Below are positions 7,656 to 17,643 of a stretch of 37,590 nt of DNA, one piece after another (position 1 is the first letter of the stretch; every line of letters starts with the position of its first letter). Both the position numbers and the translations under genes were made by a program. A model generated the notes under the pieces. That model was given only the letters and a program-made list of their open reading frames with translations, searched no databases and was not told the DNA's origin. This stretch comes from a virus (Duplodnaviria > Caudoviricetes), in IMG/VR virus record IMGVR_UViG_3300034095_000063, positions 1 through 37,590 of that record; one strand, written 5' to 3'.

Positions 7656-8907
7656 TCTTCAGGTAAAGCTCCACGAGAAACAGTTAGAGATATTCAACGA
7701 TCCACATAGGTTCAAAGTAGTAGCAGCAGGTCGACGCTTTGGTAAGTCTCGACTAGCAGCTTGGACCTTGATCATTGAGGCACTGAAGAGTACTGAGAAG
7801 GATGTGTTCTACGTAGCACCTACTTATCAGCAGGCTAGGGATATTCTCTGGTCTCTTCTTAAAGAGATAGCTAGAGATGTCACAGCATCTGCCCACGAGA
7901 ACACTTCGGTGTTAACTCTAATTAATGGGCGTAAGATTTACCTTAAAGGTTCAGATAGACCAGATACTCTTCGGGGTGTAGGTTTAGCGTATGTAGTAAT
8001 TGATGAGTACGCTGACATGAAGCCTCAAGTGTTCGAACAGATCTTGAGACCAGCGTTAGCAGACGTTAGGGGTGGTGCTCTATTTATTGGTACTCCTAAA
8101 GGTAGGAACCACTTCTATGAGTTGTTTAAATACTCTGAGGGAGAAAAAGACAAGGATTGGAAGTCGTTTCACTACACTTCTTATGATAATCCTCTTCTTC
8201 CTAAGGATGAGATTGAAGCAGCTAAGTTATCTATGTCTAGCTTTGCGTTTAGACAAGAGTTTATGGCTTCATTTGAAGCAGCAAGTAGGGATCTATTTAA
8301 AGAGGAATGGATACACATCGATGAAGAAGAACCTAATGAAGGTCGTTATTTCGTTGCAGTTGACTTGGCTGGCTTTATTAACGTGGATAGAGAGTCAGGA
8401 AATAAGAATAAAAAGCTTGATGAAACGGCTATAGCTGTAGTCAAGGTCCACGATGGTGGTTGGTGGATAGCAGATGTGTTACATGGTAGGTGGGATATTA
8501 AAGAGACTTGTTCTCAGATAATGTCTGCAGTAGTTAAGTACGAACCCGTAGCTGTAGGTATTGAAAAAGGGAGTCTAAAGAATGCTGCATTACCTTACCT
8601 TACTGACCTTATGCGTAGGCACAATCACTACTTTAGGATTGATGACGTTACTCATGGTAATCAAAAGAAAACAGATCGAATTGTCTGGGCTCTCCAAGGT
8701 CGCTTTGAACACGGAAAAGTCTCGCTAAACTACGGGACTTGGAACAATGAGTTTATTGATCAGTTAGTCAACTTCCCTAACTCACAGTTACACGATGACT
8801 TGATTGATGCGGTAGCATACATAGATCAGATACAGATAGTAGAATACTTTCACGATTACGATAGTGAAGAGCAGTACGAACCTTTAGACAGAGTTAGTGG
8901 ATTTTAA
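7648..8907 (+). CDS. terL: Terminase large subunit
   Basis: Walker A AGRRFGKS, Walker B VVIDE, GTPKG coupling motif; RNase H-like nuclease VDLA...HDDLIDA. Confidence 0.95.
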   Translation: MANLQVKLHEKQLEIFNDPHRFKVVAAGRRFGKSRLAAWTLIIEALKSTEKDVFYVAPTYQQARDILWSLLKEIARDVTASAHENTSVLTLINGRKIYLKGSDRPDTLRGVGLAYVVIDEYADMKPQVFEQILRPALADVRGGALFIGTPKGRNHFYELFKYSEGEKDKDWKSFHYTSYDNPLLPKDEIEAAKLSMSSFAFRQEFMASFEAASRDLFKEEWIHIDEEEPNEGRYFVAVDLAGFINVDRESGNKNKKLDETAIAVVKVHDGGWWIADVLHGRWDIKETCSQIMSAVVKYEPVAVGIEKGSLKNAALPYLTDLMRRHNHYFRIDDVTHGNQKKTDRIVWALQGRFEHGKVSLNYGTWNNEFIDQLVNFPNSQLHDDLIDAVAYIDQIQIVEYFHDYDSEEQYEPLDRVSGF

Positions 8908-8921
8908 AAGAGGATAGATAA

Positions 8922-10907
8922 ATGAGTTCTAATAAACTAGTAGATTGGATTAACGATAATGTCTCTGAGTGGCGAGACCACCGTGATGATAACTATCTCT
9001 CTGACTGGAAAGAATACGAACGTTTATGGCGTGGTATCTGGGCTGCAGAGGACTCTACTCGTAACTCAGAGCGTAGTCGTATTACTTCTCCTGCTCTACA
9101 ACAAGCTATTGAAAACCACACGGCTGAGATAGAAGAGGCAGTCTTTGGTCAAGGTGACTATCTATTCGACATCGAAGATGATATGAATGATCAGAATCCT
9201 GCAGATATAGAGTACATGAAACGCTACATGAAAGAATGTTTCAAGAAGAATAAAGTACGCAAAGCAGTTGGTGATGTAATTCTTCTAGCTTCTATCTATG
9301 GTACGGGTATTGGTGAGATTACTGTTAAGAAGACTAAAGAGATCTATCCTACTACACAACCTATTGAAGGTTTAGATGTATCTGCAATTGGTGTACAAGA
9401 AGTAGAGAAAGTCCGAGTAGCTCTACGTCCAATCAATCCTCAGAACTTCCTTATAGATCCTAATGCTACTTCTGTAGAAGATGCTATGGGTGTGGCTATT
9501 GAAGAGTTTGTATCAGCACATTCTGTAGCACAAGCTATCAATCAAGGTATCTACCGTGATGTAAAAGACTTAGGTGATGACTCTACTCCAGACAGTGATC
9601 TAGAAGCTAGTTTTATTGATACAGAGTATAATGACGATAAGATCCGAGTACTACGTTACTATGGTCTAGTTCCAAAAAATCTACTAGAATCTGCTCTTAA
9701 AGAAGATGGAGATATTGTTAGTTTGTTTGGTGAGGAAGAAGAATCAGGTGTACTAAGTGATCTAATGGAAGAGTATGGAGATTTAGTAGAAGCAGTAGTA
9801 GTTATTGCCAATGAGTCCTCTCTTCTAAAAGCAGAGAAAACTCCCTACATGATGAAAGATCGTCCTGTAGTAGCCTATCAAGATGATACTATCCCTAATC
9901 GTTTCTGGGGTCGTGGCGTTGCAGAGAAGGGCTACAACATGCAGAAAGCTATCGATGCACAGCTACGTAGCCACTTAGATAGTTTAGCTCTTGCAACCGT
10001 GCCTATGATGGCTATGGACGCTACTCGACTACCTCGTGGTAGTAAGTTTGAAGTACGTCCAGGTAAAACTATTCTTACTAATGGTAATCCTCAAGAAATC
10101 TTGATGCCATTTAAGTTTGGTTCAGTAGATGGTGCTAACATTCAGACAGCACAACAGTTCGAACAGATGTTATTACAAGCTACAGGTACTATGGATACTG
10201 CAGCAATGCAGACTCAGCCTGAAGGTGCTAACATGTCGTTTGCTCTTTCTGCTATTATCAAGAAAAATAAACGTACTTTAGTAAATTTCCAAGACAGTTT
10301 CCTTATTCCATTCGTAGAGAAGGCAGCTTGGAGGTTCATGCAGTTTGATCCTGAGCACTTTAAGACACAAGATTGGAAGTTTATTCCTTCTTCTACTCTA
10401 GGTATGTTAGCTCGAGAAGTAGAACAACAACAATTCATCAATTTAATGAAGACTCTAGGTCCAGATAGTCCTCTAGTTCCTATTTTAATGCAAGGTGTCC
10501 TAGAAACTTCTAACTTAGCTAACAAAACTCAGCTATTACAGCAGTTAGCTCAAGCACAACAACCAGATCCACAGGCACAACAGATGCAAATGCAGCAAGC
10601 ACAGCTACAAATGGGTCTAGTGGCAGCACAAACTGCAGATCTTAACACTAAAGCAGGCAAACAACAAGCAGAAGCTCAACAAATTGCTGTTGAAACACAG
10701 CTTGAGCCTGAATTAGTAAAAGCTAAACTAGTTGCAGCTCTATCTACTAACCTAGATGCAGGTCAAGGTGACGATAAAGAGTTTGAACGTCGTGTTAAAG
10801 TTGCTGATCTCCTACTAAAAGAAAAAACTCTTAATCTAAAAGCAGTAGATAGTGCACAAAATAGGGAAATTGTCAAGATGCAAATGAATAGTAAAAATAA
10901 CTCTTGA
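8922..10907 (+). CDS. Portal protein
   Basis: 661 aa after TerL; YGTGI and FWGRGVAE motifs, Q-rich coiled C-terminus. Confidence 0.88.
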   Translation: MSSNKLVDWINDNVSEWRDHRDDNYLSDWKEYERLWRGIWAAEDSTRNSERSRITSPALQQAIENHTAEIEEAVFGQGDYLFDIEDDMNDQNPADIEYMKRYMKECFKKNKVRKAVGDVILLASIYGTGIGEITVKKTKEIYPTTQPIEGLDVSAIGVQEVEKVRVALRPINPQNFLIDPNATSVEDAMGVAIEEFVSAHSVAQAINQGIYRDVKDLGDDSTPDSDLEASFIDTEYNDDKIRVLRYYGLVPKNLLESALKEDGDIVSLFGEEEESGVLSDLMEEYGDLVEAVVVIANESSLLKAEKTPYMMKDRPVVAYQDDTIPNRFWGRGVAEKGYNMQKAIDAQLRSHLDSLALATVPMMAMDATRLPRGSKFEVRPGKTILTNGNPQEILMPFKFGSVDGANIQTAQQFEQMLLQATGTMDTAAMQTQPEGANMSFALSAIIKKNKRTLVNFQDSFLIPFVEKAAWRFMQFDPEHFKTQDWKFIPSSTLGMLAREVEQQQFINLMKTLGPDSPLVPILMQGVLETSNLANKTQLLQQLAQAQQPDPQAQQMQMQQAQLQMGLVAAQTADLNTKAGKQQAEAQQIAVETQLEPELVKAKLVAALSTNLDAGQGDDKEFERRVKVADLLLKEKTLNLKAVDSAQNREIVKMQMNSKNNS

Positions 10908-10932
10908 CTTTTAAATAATCTTATGGTATAAT
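10904..10932 (+). promoter_or_regulatory. sigma70-type promoter for the head genes
   Basis: TTGACT-17 nt-TATAAT with extended TG. Confidence 0.8.
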
Positions 10933-10950
10933 CATTATATAAGTAAAGCT

Positions 10951-10979
10951 ATTATAACACATTTTTAGAAAAGGTGCAA
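10951..10979 (-). promoter_or_regulatory. Candidate antisense sigma70 promoter facing the portal 3' end
   Basis: Minus strand TTGCAC-17 nt-TATAAT with extended TG. Confidence 0.5.
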
Positions 10980-10983
10980 TAGT

Positions 10984-11226
10984 TTGGAAAGAGAATTGCA
11001 AGATTATTATGAAGAACGATTTAGTACGATGTCTTCTAAAGGATGGAAAGATCTAATAGAAGATGTAGAAAAGATGTATGAAGCAACAAACCAGATAAGT
11101 AGTACTGATAACTTTGAGGGGTTCCATAAACGTAAGGGTCAACTAGATATCTTACAGTGGATTCTCTCTCTACAACAAGTATCAGAACAAGCCTATGAGG
11201 AGTTGCTTAATGCGGATAATGCTTGA
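10984..11226 (+). CDS. Hypothetical protein
   Basis: 80-aa ORF, TTG start with AAGG upstream. Confidence 0.7.
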   Translation: MERELQDYYEERFSTMSSKGWKDLIEDVEKMYEATNQISSTDNFEGFHKRKGQLDILQWILSLQQVSEQAYEELLNADNA

Positions 11227-11431
11227 TTTTAAGTGTACTGTTTGTGAACATACAGACGAACGGTACGTAGATAATACAACAGAATACACTGAGTGTTCTA
11301 TATGTAATAGTAAAGCTACTCGTATGATTAGCACACCTACTATTTCATTAGAAGGATACTCAGGTAGCTTTCCAGGTGCAGCAGCCGCTTGGGAAAAAAA
11401 GCACAGAATGGCTGCTAACCCAAGAGATTAG
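11210..11431 (+). CDS. Zn-ribbon protein (FmdB-like)
   Basis: DFKCTVC...CSIC...RMISTP pattern. Confidence 0.7.
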   Translation: MRIMLDFKCTVCEHTDERYVDNTTEYTECSICNSKATRMISTPTISLEGYSGSFPGAAAAWEKKHRMAANPRD

Positions 11432-11490
11432 CTACGATAGCCAAGTAACTAGTTCCTTTCCTAAAATGCTTTATGCACAGGAGACTTAAT

Positions 11491-12285
11491 ATGGCACAAG
11501 TAATAGATGAAGTTTTAATTAATGATCTAGAGACTGACTCAATTGATAGTATTGACAACTCGGAAACTTTAGATACCACACCTGCTAAACCTGCAGATGA
11601 GGTTGTAGACAATCTACCAGAGAAATACCGTAACAAATCGCTAAAAGATATTATCGCAATGCACCAAGAAAGTGAAAAGCTAATTGGTAAACAAGGTAAT
11701 GAAGTAGGCGAACTACGTCGAACAGTAGATGACTTTATTAAAACGCAAACTTCTAGAAACTTACAGACAGATGTAGAAACAGATCTTAGTGATGACGACT
11801 TTTATAGTGATCCTATACAAGCAACTAAACGGGCTATTGATGAACATCCAGCAATCAAGGATGCTAAACAACAGTCTATAGCTATGAAACAAGCAGCAGT
11901 CCAAAATAAGATTGCTACGAAGTATCCTAACTTCCGTGAAATTGCAACAAGCCAAGAATTTGGTAATTGGGTAAATGGATCAAAAGTACGAATAGAGTTA
12001 TACAACAGGGCACAGAATGATTATGATTTTGATTCTGCTGATGAACTCTTATCTACTTGGATTGAGCGTCAAGAGTACACTAAGAAAGTAACTGATACCT
12101 CTAAATTAGACCGAGAGCAACAACTTAAATCGGCAGATATGGGAACATCAGGTGCTACTGAATCTACATCAAAAAAGAAATATCGTCGAAGCGATATTAT
12201 TAAACTTATGCAAACCGATCCTGATCGATACGATAGCATGGCAAACGAAATTATGATTGCCTATCGAGAGAACAGGGTAATATAA
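11491..12285 (+). CDS. Capsid scaffolding protein
   Basis: Acidic, coiled-coil, LPEKYRNKS motif; directly upstream of the MCP; SD AGGAG before ATG 11491. Confidence 0.8.
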   Translation: MAQVIDEVLINDLETDSIDSIDNSETLDTTPAKPADEVVDNLPEKYRNKSLKDIIAMHQESEKLIGKQGNEVGELRRTVDDFIKTQTSRNLQTDVETDLSDDDFYSDPIQATKRAIDEHPAIKDAKQQSIAMKQAAVQNKIATKYPNFREIATSQEFGNWVNGSKVRIELYNRAQNDYDFDSADELLSTWIERQEYTKKVTDTSKLDREQQLKSADMGTSGATESTSKKKYRRSDIIKLMQTDPDRYDSMANEIMIAYRENRVI

Positions 12286-12311
12286 AAACAATTTAGAAAA
12301 GGATTTACAAA

Positions 12312-13223
12312 ATGGCTTTAGGCTCAAATCACGTAACAAATACTACAGGCGCATCCTTCATCCCAGAAATTTGGAGTGATGAGATTATCGCTGCTTATAA
12401 GAAATCTCTTGTAGCAGCTAACCTATTTAAGAAAATGTCTTTCACTGGTAAGAAAGGTGATACTATCCATATCCCTTCTCCTACTCGTGGTGTAGCTTCT
12501 CTTAAAGCTGCTGAAACACAAGTAACTCTACAAGCAGCTACTGAAACAGAAGTAAACGTATTGGTAGATAAACACTACGAATACTCACGTTTGATTGAAG
12601 ATATTACAGAAGTACAAGCTTTATCATCTCTTCGTCGTTTCTACACTGAAGATGCTGGTTATGCTTTATCTAAACAAGTTGATACTTCCTTGATCCAATT
12701 AGGTCGTACTTTCAACGGTGGTTCTGGTGTTACTTACGGTGGTGCTTACATAGGTGGTGACGGTACTACTGCTTACACATCAGGTTCAAGCAATGCTTCT
12801 GCATTAACTGATGCTGCTATCCGTCGTACAATCCAACGTTTAGATGACAACGATGTTCCTATGGATGGTCGTTTCTTCTTGATTCCTCCTTCAGCACGTA
12901 ACACATTGATGGGTTTAGATCGCTACACTGAACAAGCCTTCGTTGGTGAAGTTGGTAATGGCAACACAATCCGCAATGGTGAAATCGGTAACTTGTATGG
13001 TATCCCTGTATTTGTATCAAGCAACTGTGATACTGCTACTGGTGGTGCTCGTATTGCTTTACTAGGTCACAAAGATGCTGCCGTGTTGGTTGAACAACAA
13101 GGTGTTCGTTCACAAACTCAATACAAACAAGAATACTTAGGTACTCTATACACTGCTGATACATTGTACGGTGTTAAAGAGCTACGTGACAACGCTTGCT
13201 TTGCATTAGCTGTTCCAGCCTAA
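12312..13223 (+). CDS. Major capsid protein
   Basis: FIPEIWS, GDTIHIP, GEIGNLYGIPV and DTLYGVK motifs; followed by a terminator. Confidence 0.92.
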   Translation: MALGSNHVTNTTGASFIPEIWSDEIIAAYKKSLVAANLFKKMSFTGKKGDTIHIPSPTRGVASLKAAETQVTLQAATETEVNVLVDKHYEYSRLIEDITEVQALSSLRRFYTEDAGYALSKQVDTSLIQLGRTFNGGSGVTYGGAYIGGDGTTAYTSGSSNASALTDAAIRRTIQRLDDNDVPMDGRFFLIPPSARNTLMGLDRYTEQAFVGEVGNGNTIRNGEIGNLYGIPVFVSSNCDTATGGARIALLGHKDAAVLVEQQGVRSQTQYKQEYLGTLYTADTLYGVKELRDNACFALAVPA

Positions 13224-13238
13224 TAAGTAATTAGGTTT

Positions 13239-13275
13239 AAACCTCTTACCCACACGACTCGGGTAGGGGGTTTTT
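13239..13275 (+). terminator. Rho-independent terminator
   Basis: AAACCTCTTACCC / GGGTAGGGGGTTT stem followed by a T-run after the MCP stop. Confidence 0.8.
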
Positions 13276-13302
13276 GCATAATTACTTAATAGGAGAAGTA
13301 TA

Positions 13303-13482
13303 ATGGCTAAATTTAAATGTAAACTTTCAGGTGTAGTGGTTAGTTTTGAGTATGAGCATGATATTAAGTCAATGCTTAAACATCCTCAGTATGACTTAGT
13401 AGATGAATCTCCAGCTAAAAAAGCACCTGAAGGTTTAGTAAAAGAAAAAACAGTAGCAGTAAAATCTATATTTAAGGACTAG
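13303..13482 (+). CDS. Hypothetical protein (59 aa)
   Basis: Hand-translated MAKFKCKLSGVVVSFEYEHDIKSMLKHPQYD...; SD AGGAG. Confidence 0.7.
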   Translation: MAKFKCKLSGVVVSFEYEHDIKSMLKHPQYDLVDESPAKKAPEGLVKEKTVAVKSIFKD

Positions 13483-13486
13483 TTTA

Positions 13487-16261
13487 ATGGCGATATTTAG
13501 AGGTCCAGGAGGTAGTGGTGATGCTACGGCAGATACTTCTAATAACTCCATTACAGCTGTTAATGCTGCCAATGCTGCTCAAGCAAGTGCTACAGCTGCT
13601 GCTGCTAGTGCTACTTCTGCTAGTAACTCTGCTAGTTCTACAGCAGGTGATGTAGCTGCTGCTTCTGCATCTGCAACTAGTGCCTCTAACTCAGCCACTA
13701 CTGCTACTACTAAAGCTTCTGAAGCTAGTACTTCAGCAACTAATGCTGCTACATCAGCATCTACAGCAACTACCAAAGCAAGTGAAGCAGCTACTAGTGC
13801 GTCTAATGCAAGTACTTCTGCAGCTACTGCTACAACAAAGGCAAGTGAAGCTGCTGCTAGTGCTACCTCTGCTTCTGGTAGTGCTACTACAGCAACTACT
13901 AAAGCTAGTGAAGCTTCTACATCAGCTACTAGTGCATCTACTAGTGCTACAACAGCTACAACAAAAGCAAGTGAAGCAGCTACTAGTGCGTCTAATGCTG
14001 CTAGTTCAGCAACAAGTGCTTCAACATCTGCTACTAATGCAGCATCTTCAGCTACAGCAGCTAGTGGGTCAGCTACAACAGCTTCTACACAAGCAACTAA
14101 TGCAGCAGCATCAGCTACTACAGCCTCGACACAAGCCACCAATGCAGCGGCATCTGCTTCAAGTGCCTCAACATCTGCTGCTACAGCCACAACACAAGCT
14201 ACTAATGCTAGTTCTAGTGCAAGTGCTGCAAGTGGTTCAGCTACAACAGCAACTACACAAGCAGGAATAGCTACTACTAAAGCAGGAGAAGCTTCTACCT
14301 CTGCTACTAACGCTGCATCTAGTGCTTCTACTGCTACCACTCAAGCTACTAATGCTAGTACTAGTGCTACAAGTGCTTCAGGTTCTGCTACAACAGCCAC
14401 AACTCAGGCAGGTATAGCTACTACTGGAGCAACTACTGCAACTACACAAGCAGGTATTGCTACCACTCAGGCTACTAACGCTGCAACATCTGCTTCTACA
14501 GCAACTACACAAGCTGGCATAGCTACTACACAAGCTACTAATTCTGCTACAAGTGCTGCTGCATCTGCTGCTGCTCGTGATGCTGCCTTAGCTGCTTTAG
14601 ATTCATTTGATGATAGATATTTAGGTTCTAAGAGTTCAGATCCTACTTTAGATAATGATGGTAATGCTTTAGTATCAGGTGCTTTGTATTTTAATACAAC
14701 TACTAATAGTATGAAAGTATTTGATGGAAGCGTTTGGTTATCTGCTTATGCTTCTTTGTCAGGTGCTTTATTATCAACAAATAATTTAAATGACCTAACT
14801 AGTATATCAACTGCTAGAACTAATCTTGGTTTAGGAACTCTTGCTACGCAATCAGGTACTTTTAGTGGAACTTCTAGTGGTACTAATACTGGAGACCAAA
14901 TTAATATAAGTGGTAATGCTGCAACTGTTACAACTAATGCTAATTTAACAGGAGATGTTACATCTGTTGGTAATGCAACAACATTATCTGCAAGTGGTGT
15001 AACTGCTGGTTCATATACAAATACAAATATTACTGTTGATTCTAAAGGTAGAGTTACAGCAGCAGCAAATGGTTCTGCTGGAGGAGTTACTAGTGTAACT
15101 GCAACATCACCAGTAGTATCTTCAGGTGGTGCTACACCAGCTATAAGTATGGCAGCAGCTACTACGTCAGTTAGTGGGTATTTAACATCTACTGATTGGA
15201 ATACATTTAATGGTAAACAACCTGCAGGGTCTTATGTAACAGTAGGCGGTGCATTAGGTACACCATCAAGCGGTACTTTAACAAACTGCACATTTCCAAC
15301 GCTTAACCAAAACACCACAGGCAGTTCGGGTTCATGTACTGGTAACAGCGCAACGGCTACAACTTTAATTGGTGACCAATCAAATTGGGCATCATACCGT
15401 TCAAGTGCCGTGGCAAACATGTTAAGTTGGAAAAATTACGGTAATAGTCATATTATATTTGACGCTTCAGCATCAACATCGCCAACTGGAAGTGCGGTAA
15501 ATAACACAAATGCTCAAATTGCTTGGACAGGAACATATCCTACTTTAATGGGTTGGAACGGGACTAACACTTATGGTGTTAGGGTTGATTCAGCTAGAAT
15601 TAGCGATTCAACTTCAGGTTCATCAGCATCATGCACAGGCAACGCGGCAAGTGCATCATCTGTTGCCGCATCAGGCATTACAGGTCAAACAGGGATGTGG
15701 ACAAGTGCCGCAAGACCAGGGGCTTATCGTTTATATCGTAATGATAGTAATGACCCTTATAATATCCAAACAACTTGGAGTGCGGATGTAAGTGGATATT
15801 GGTCTTTGCGTGGATATTATAATGATACCTATCATGCCCCTTGTTATGTTGGATATGCTGGATATTCAAACACAGCAGGTTCAGCACCAGCAAATGGAGG
15901 CACATCTGCAGCTTGTTCAGGTAATTCAGCAACTGCTACAGCACTATCCACAGCTTCAGGTTCAGCACCATCATATTCAGCAAGGGCTTGGGTAAACTTT
16001 AACGGTACTGGTACAATTGCTATTCGTGCAAGTGGTAATGTCAGCTCATTGACAGATAACGGAGTCGGTAATTACACAGTCAATTTTACAACAGCAATGC
16101 CTGATGCAAATTATTGCACAACAACTGCATTAAGCAATGCAACTTATGCCCCTGTTAATATGATAGGAACATATACAACTACATCAGTACAGTTACAGAA
16201 TTTTGCTGATACAGTAGCGGCAAGGGATTTTACAACTGTAACTGCCGCTATACATAGATAA
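13487..16261 (+). CDS. Long tail fibre protein
   Basis: Ala/Ser/Thr repeat shaft, FDDRYLG...DNDGNAL and ITVDSKGRVT fibre motifs, C-terminal AWVNFNG domain. Confidence 0.85.
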   Translation: MAIFRGPGGSGDATADTSNNSITAVNAANAAQASATAAAASATSASNSASSTAGDVAAASASATSASNSATTATTKASEASTSATNAATSASTATTKASEAATSASNASTSAATATTKASEAAASATSASGSATTATTKASEASTSATSASTSATTATTKASEAATSASNAASSATSASTSATNAASSATAASGSATTASTQATNAAASATTASTQATNAAASASSASTSAATATTQATNASSSASAASGSATTATTQAGIATTKAGEASTSATNAASSASTATTQATNASTSATSASGSATTATTQAGIATTGATTATTQAGIATTQATNAATSASTATTQAGIATTQATNSATSAAASAAARDAALAALDSFDDRYLGSKSSDPTLDNDGNALVSGALYFNTTTNSMKVFDGSVWLSAYASLSGALLSTNNLNDLTSISTARTNLGLGTLATQSGTFSGTSSGTNTGDQINISGNAATVTTNANLTGDVTSVGNATTLSASGVTAGSYTNTNITVDSKGRVTAAANGSAGGVTSVTATSPVVSSGGATPAISMAAATTSVSGYLTSTDWNTFNGKQPAGSYVTVGGALGTPSSGTLTNCTFPTLNQNTTGSSGSCTGNSATATTLIGDQSNWASYRSSAVANMLSWKNYGNSHIIFDASASTSPTGSAVNNTNAQIAWTGTYPTLMGWNGTNTYGVRVDSARISDSTSGSSASCTGNAASASSVAASGITGQTGMWTSAARPGAYRLYRNDSNDPYNIQTTWSADVSGYWSLRGYYNDTYHAPCYVGYAGYSNTAGSAPANGGTSAACSGNSATATALSTASGSAPSYSARAWVNFNGTGTIAIRASGNVSSLTDNGVGNYTVNFTTAMPDANYCTTTALSNATYAPVNMIGTYTTTSVQLQNFADTVAARDFTTVTAAIHR
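13570..14575 (+). repeat. Degenerate ~42-nt (14-aa) coding tandem repeats in the tail fibre
   Basis: Recurrent ATTATTKASEA(A/S)TS and ATTATTQAGI units; boundaries approximate. Confidence 0.8.
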
Positions 16262-16309
16262 TGTTTGGCATAGCAGCATTTTTATAAATAATAACAAGCG
16301 AATGTATTA

Positions 16310-16516
16310 ATGATAAATATAGACCCAGTTGAATATGGCAAACTAATCTCAAAGGTAGATTCCCTTGAGAAAAAGATTGACAAGATGGAGTGTGCTCTTG
16401 ATGAACTACTTGCCTTAGCCAACAAGGGTCGTGGTGGCTTTTGGATGGGTATGATGATTGCATCTCTTGTAGGAGCTATTATTTCTTATGTATCTCGTGC
16501 TTTTGTAGGACACTAG
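16310..16516 (+). CDS. Small membrane protein (holin/lysis accessory candidate)
   Basis: Coiled coil plus C-terminal TM helix; adjacent to the endolysin. Confidence 0.6.
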   Translation: MINIDPVEYGKLISKVDSLEKKIDKMECALDELLALANKGRGGFWMGMMIASLVGAIISYVSRAFVGH

Positions 16517-16933
16517 ATGCAACTGACACCTCACTTCTCTCTTGCTGAACTTACAGTTACTAATACTAAAATAGATAACACACCATCTAAAGAAGTAATA
16601 GAAGTCTTACGCACAACTGCTTTTTATATGGAGAAAGTGAGAGAGATACTAGGCAATGTGGCTATCACTATCAATAGTGGTTATCGCAGTCCTGATGTCA
16701 ATCGTCAAGTAGGTGGCACTAGCAACTCGTCACATACTTATGGGTATGCTGTAGACTTCACAGCCTATGGTCATACTCCACTTACTATATCTAATATTCT
16801 TGCTAAAAGTAATCTTAAATTTGACCAACTAATCTATGAGAAGACTTGGGTTCATATATCATTTGACCCTCGTATGCGTGGGAATATTCTCACACTCAAA
16901 GGTAAAGGTAAATATGTAAAGGGGATTGTATAA
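16517..16933 (+). CDS. Endolysin, peptidase M15 family
   Basis: LTPHFSLAEL, SGYRS..N..VGG..SSH..G.AVD and WVHIS Zn-peptidase motifs. Confidence 0.9.
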   Translation: MQLTPHFSLAELTVTNTKIDNTPSKEVIEVLRTTAFYMEKVREILGNVAITINSGYRSPDVNRQVGGTSNSSHTYGYAVDFTAYGHTPLTISNILAKSNLKFDQLIYEKTWVHISFDPRMRGNILTLKGKGKYVKGIV

Positions 16934-17307
16934 TGTGGTCTGTTTTGTTTCCAGCTCTACTGCCAGCTTTAACAGATGGTGTTCGTGGTATCTTTGCTAA
17001 GTTTACAAAAGGTGCAGGAGGTAATCCTGTCAATGTAGCTGAACGCATACAACTCATGCAAGCAGAGACAGCTCGTCTACAAGCACTAGCAGAGATAGAT
17101 AAACCAGCAGGTGAACCTTCTATCTGGGTTACTAACTTAAGATCTAGCTTTAGGTATATTGCAATTATCATTATTTGGTTAGCTACAGTAAGTGCAGTAT
17201 TTACTCCTTCAGTAGCTGAACCTATTACTCTAATTCTATTAGATTTAAGTGGTGCGTGTATGAGCTTCGTTATCGGTGAGCGTATGTATCTTACTTTAAG
17301 GAAATAA
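16933..17307 (+). CDS. Putative holin
   Basis: Multiple hydrophobic segments; translationally coupled to the endolysin. Confidence 0.6.
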   Translation: MWSVLFPALLPALTDGVRGIFAKFTKGAGGNPVNVAERIQLMQAETARLQALAEIDKPAGEPSIWVTNLRSSFRYIAIIIIWLATVSAVFTPSVAEPITLILLDLSGACMSFVIGERMYLTLRK

Positions 17308-17308
17308 T

Positions 17309-17581
17309 ATGCCAATCAAAAAAGGACAAGAAACTTTTGCTGGGTACAATAAACCTAAACGTACTCCAGGTCATCCAACTAAATCTCATGCTGTATTAGC
17401 AAAAGAAGGAGATAAAGAGAAACTAATTCGCTTTGGACAACAAGGTGTTAGTGGTGCTGGATCTAACCCTAGTACTCCTTCTGAGAAAGCTAGGCAAAAG
17501 TCATTCAAAGCTCGTCATGCATCTAACATTGCTAAGGGTAAAATGTCTGCAGCATACTGGGCTGATAAAGTCAAGTGGTAA
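17309..17581 (+). CDS. Basic hypothetical protein
   Basis: 90-aa Lys-rich ORF (KSHAVLAK...LIRFGQQG...SAAYWADKVKW). Confidence 0.75.
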   Translation: MPIKKGQETFAGYNKPKRTPGHPTKSHAVLAKEGDKEKLIRFGQQGVSGAGSNPSTPSEKARQKSFKARHASNIAKGKMSAAYWADKVKW

Positions 17582-17589
17582 TAAATACC

Positions 17590-17618
17590 TTGACAAACAA
17601 AGTCTATTGTGGTATAAT
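17590..17618 (+). promoter_or_regulatory. sigma70 promoter for the tail/ejection genes
   Basis: Perfect TTGACA-17 nt-TATAAT with extended TG. Confidence 0.88.
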
Positions 17619-17643
17619 TGTATTATAATTAAGGGATTTTAAA

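Noticed and set aside
13579-14340. 253-aa antisense ORF and 196-aa alternate-frame ORF
   Set aside because: Shadows of the GCN/ACN/TCN-rich tail-fibre repeat
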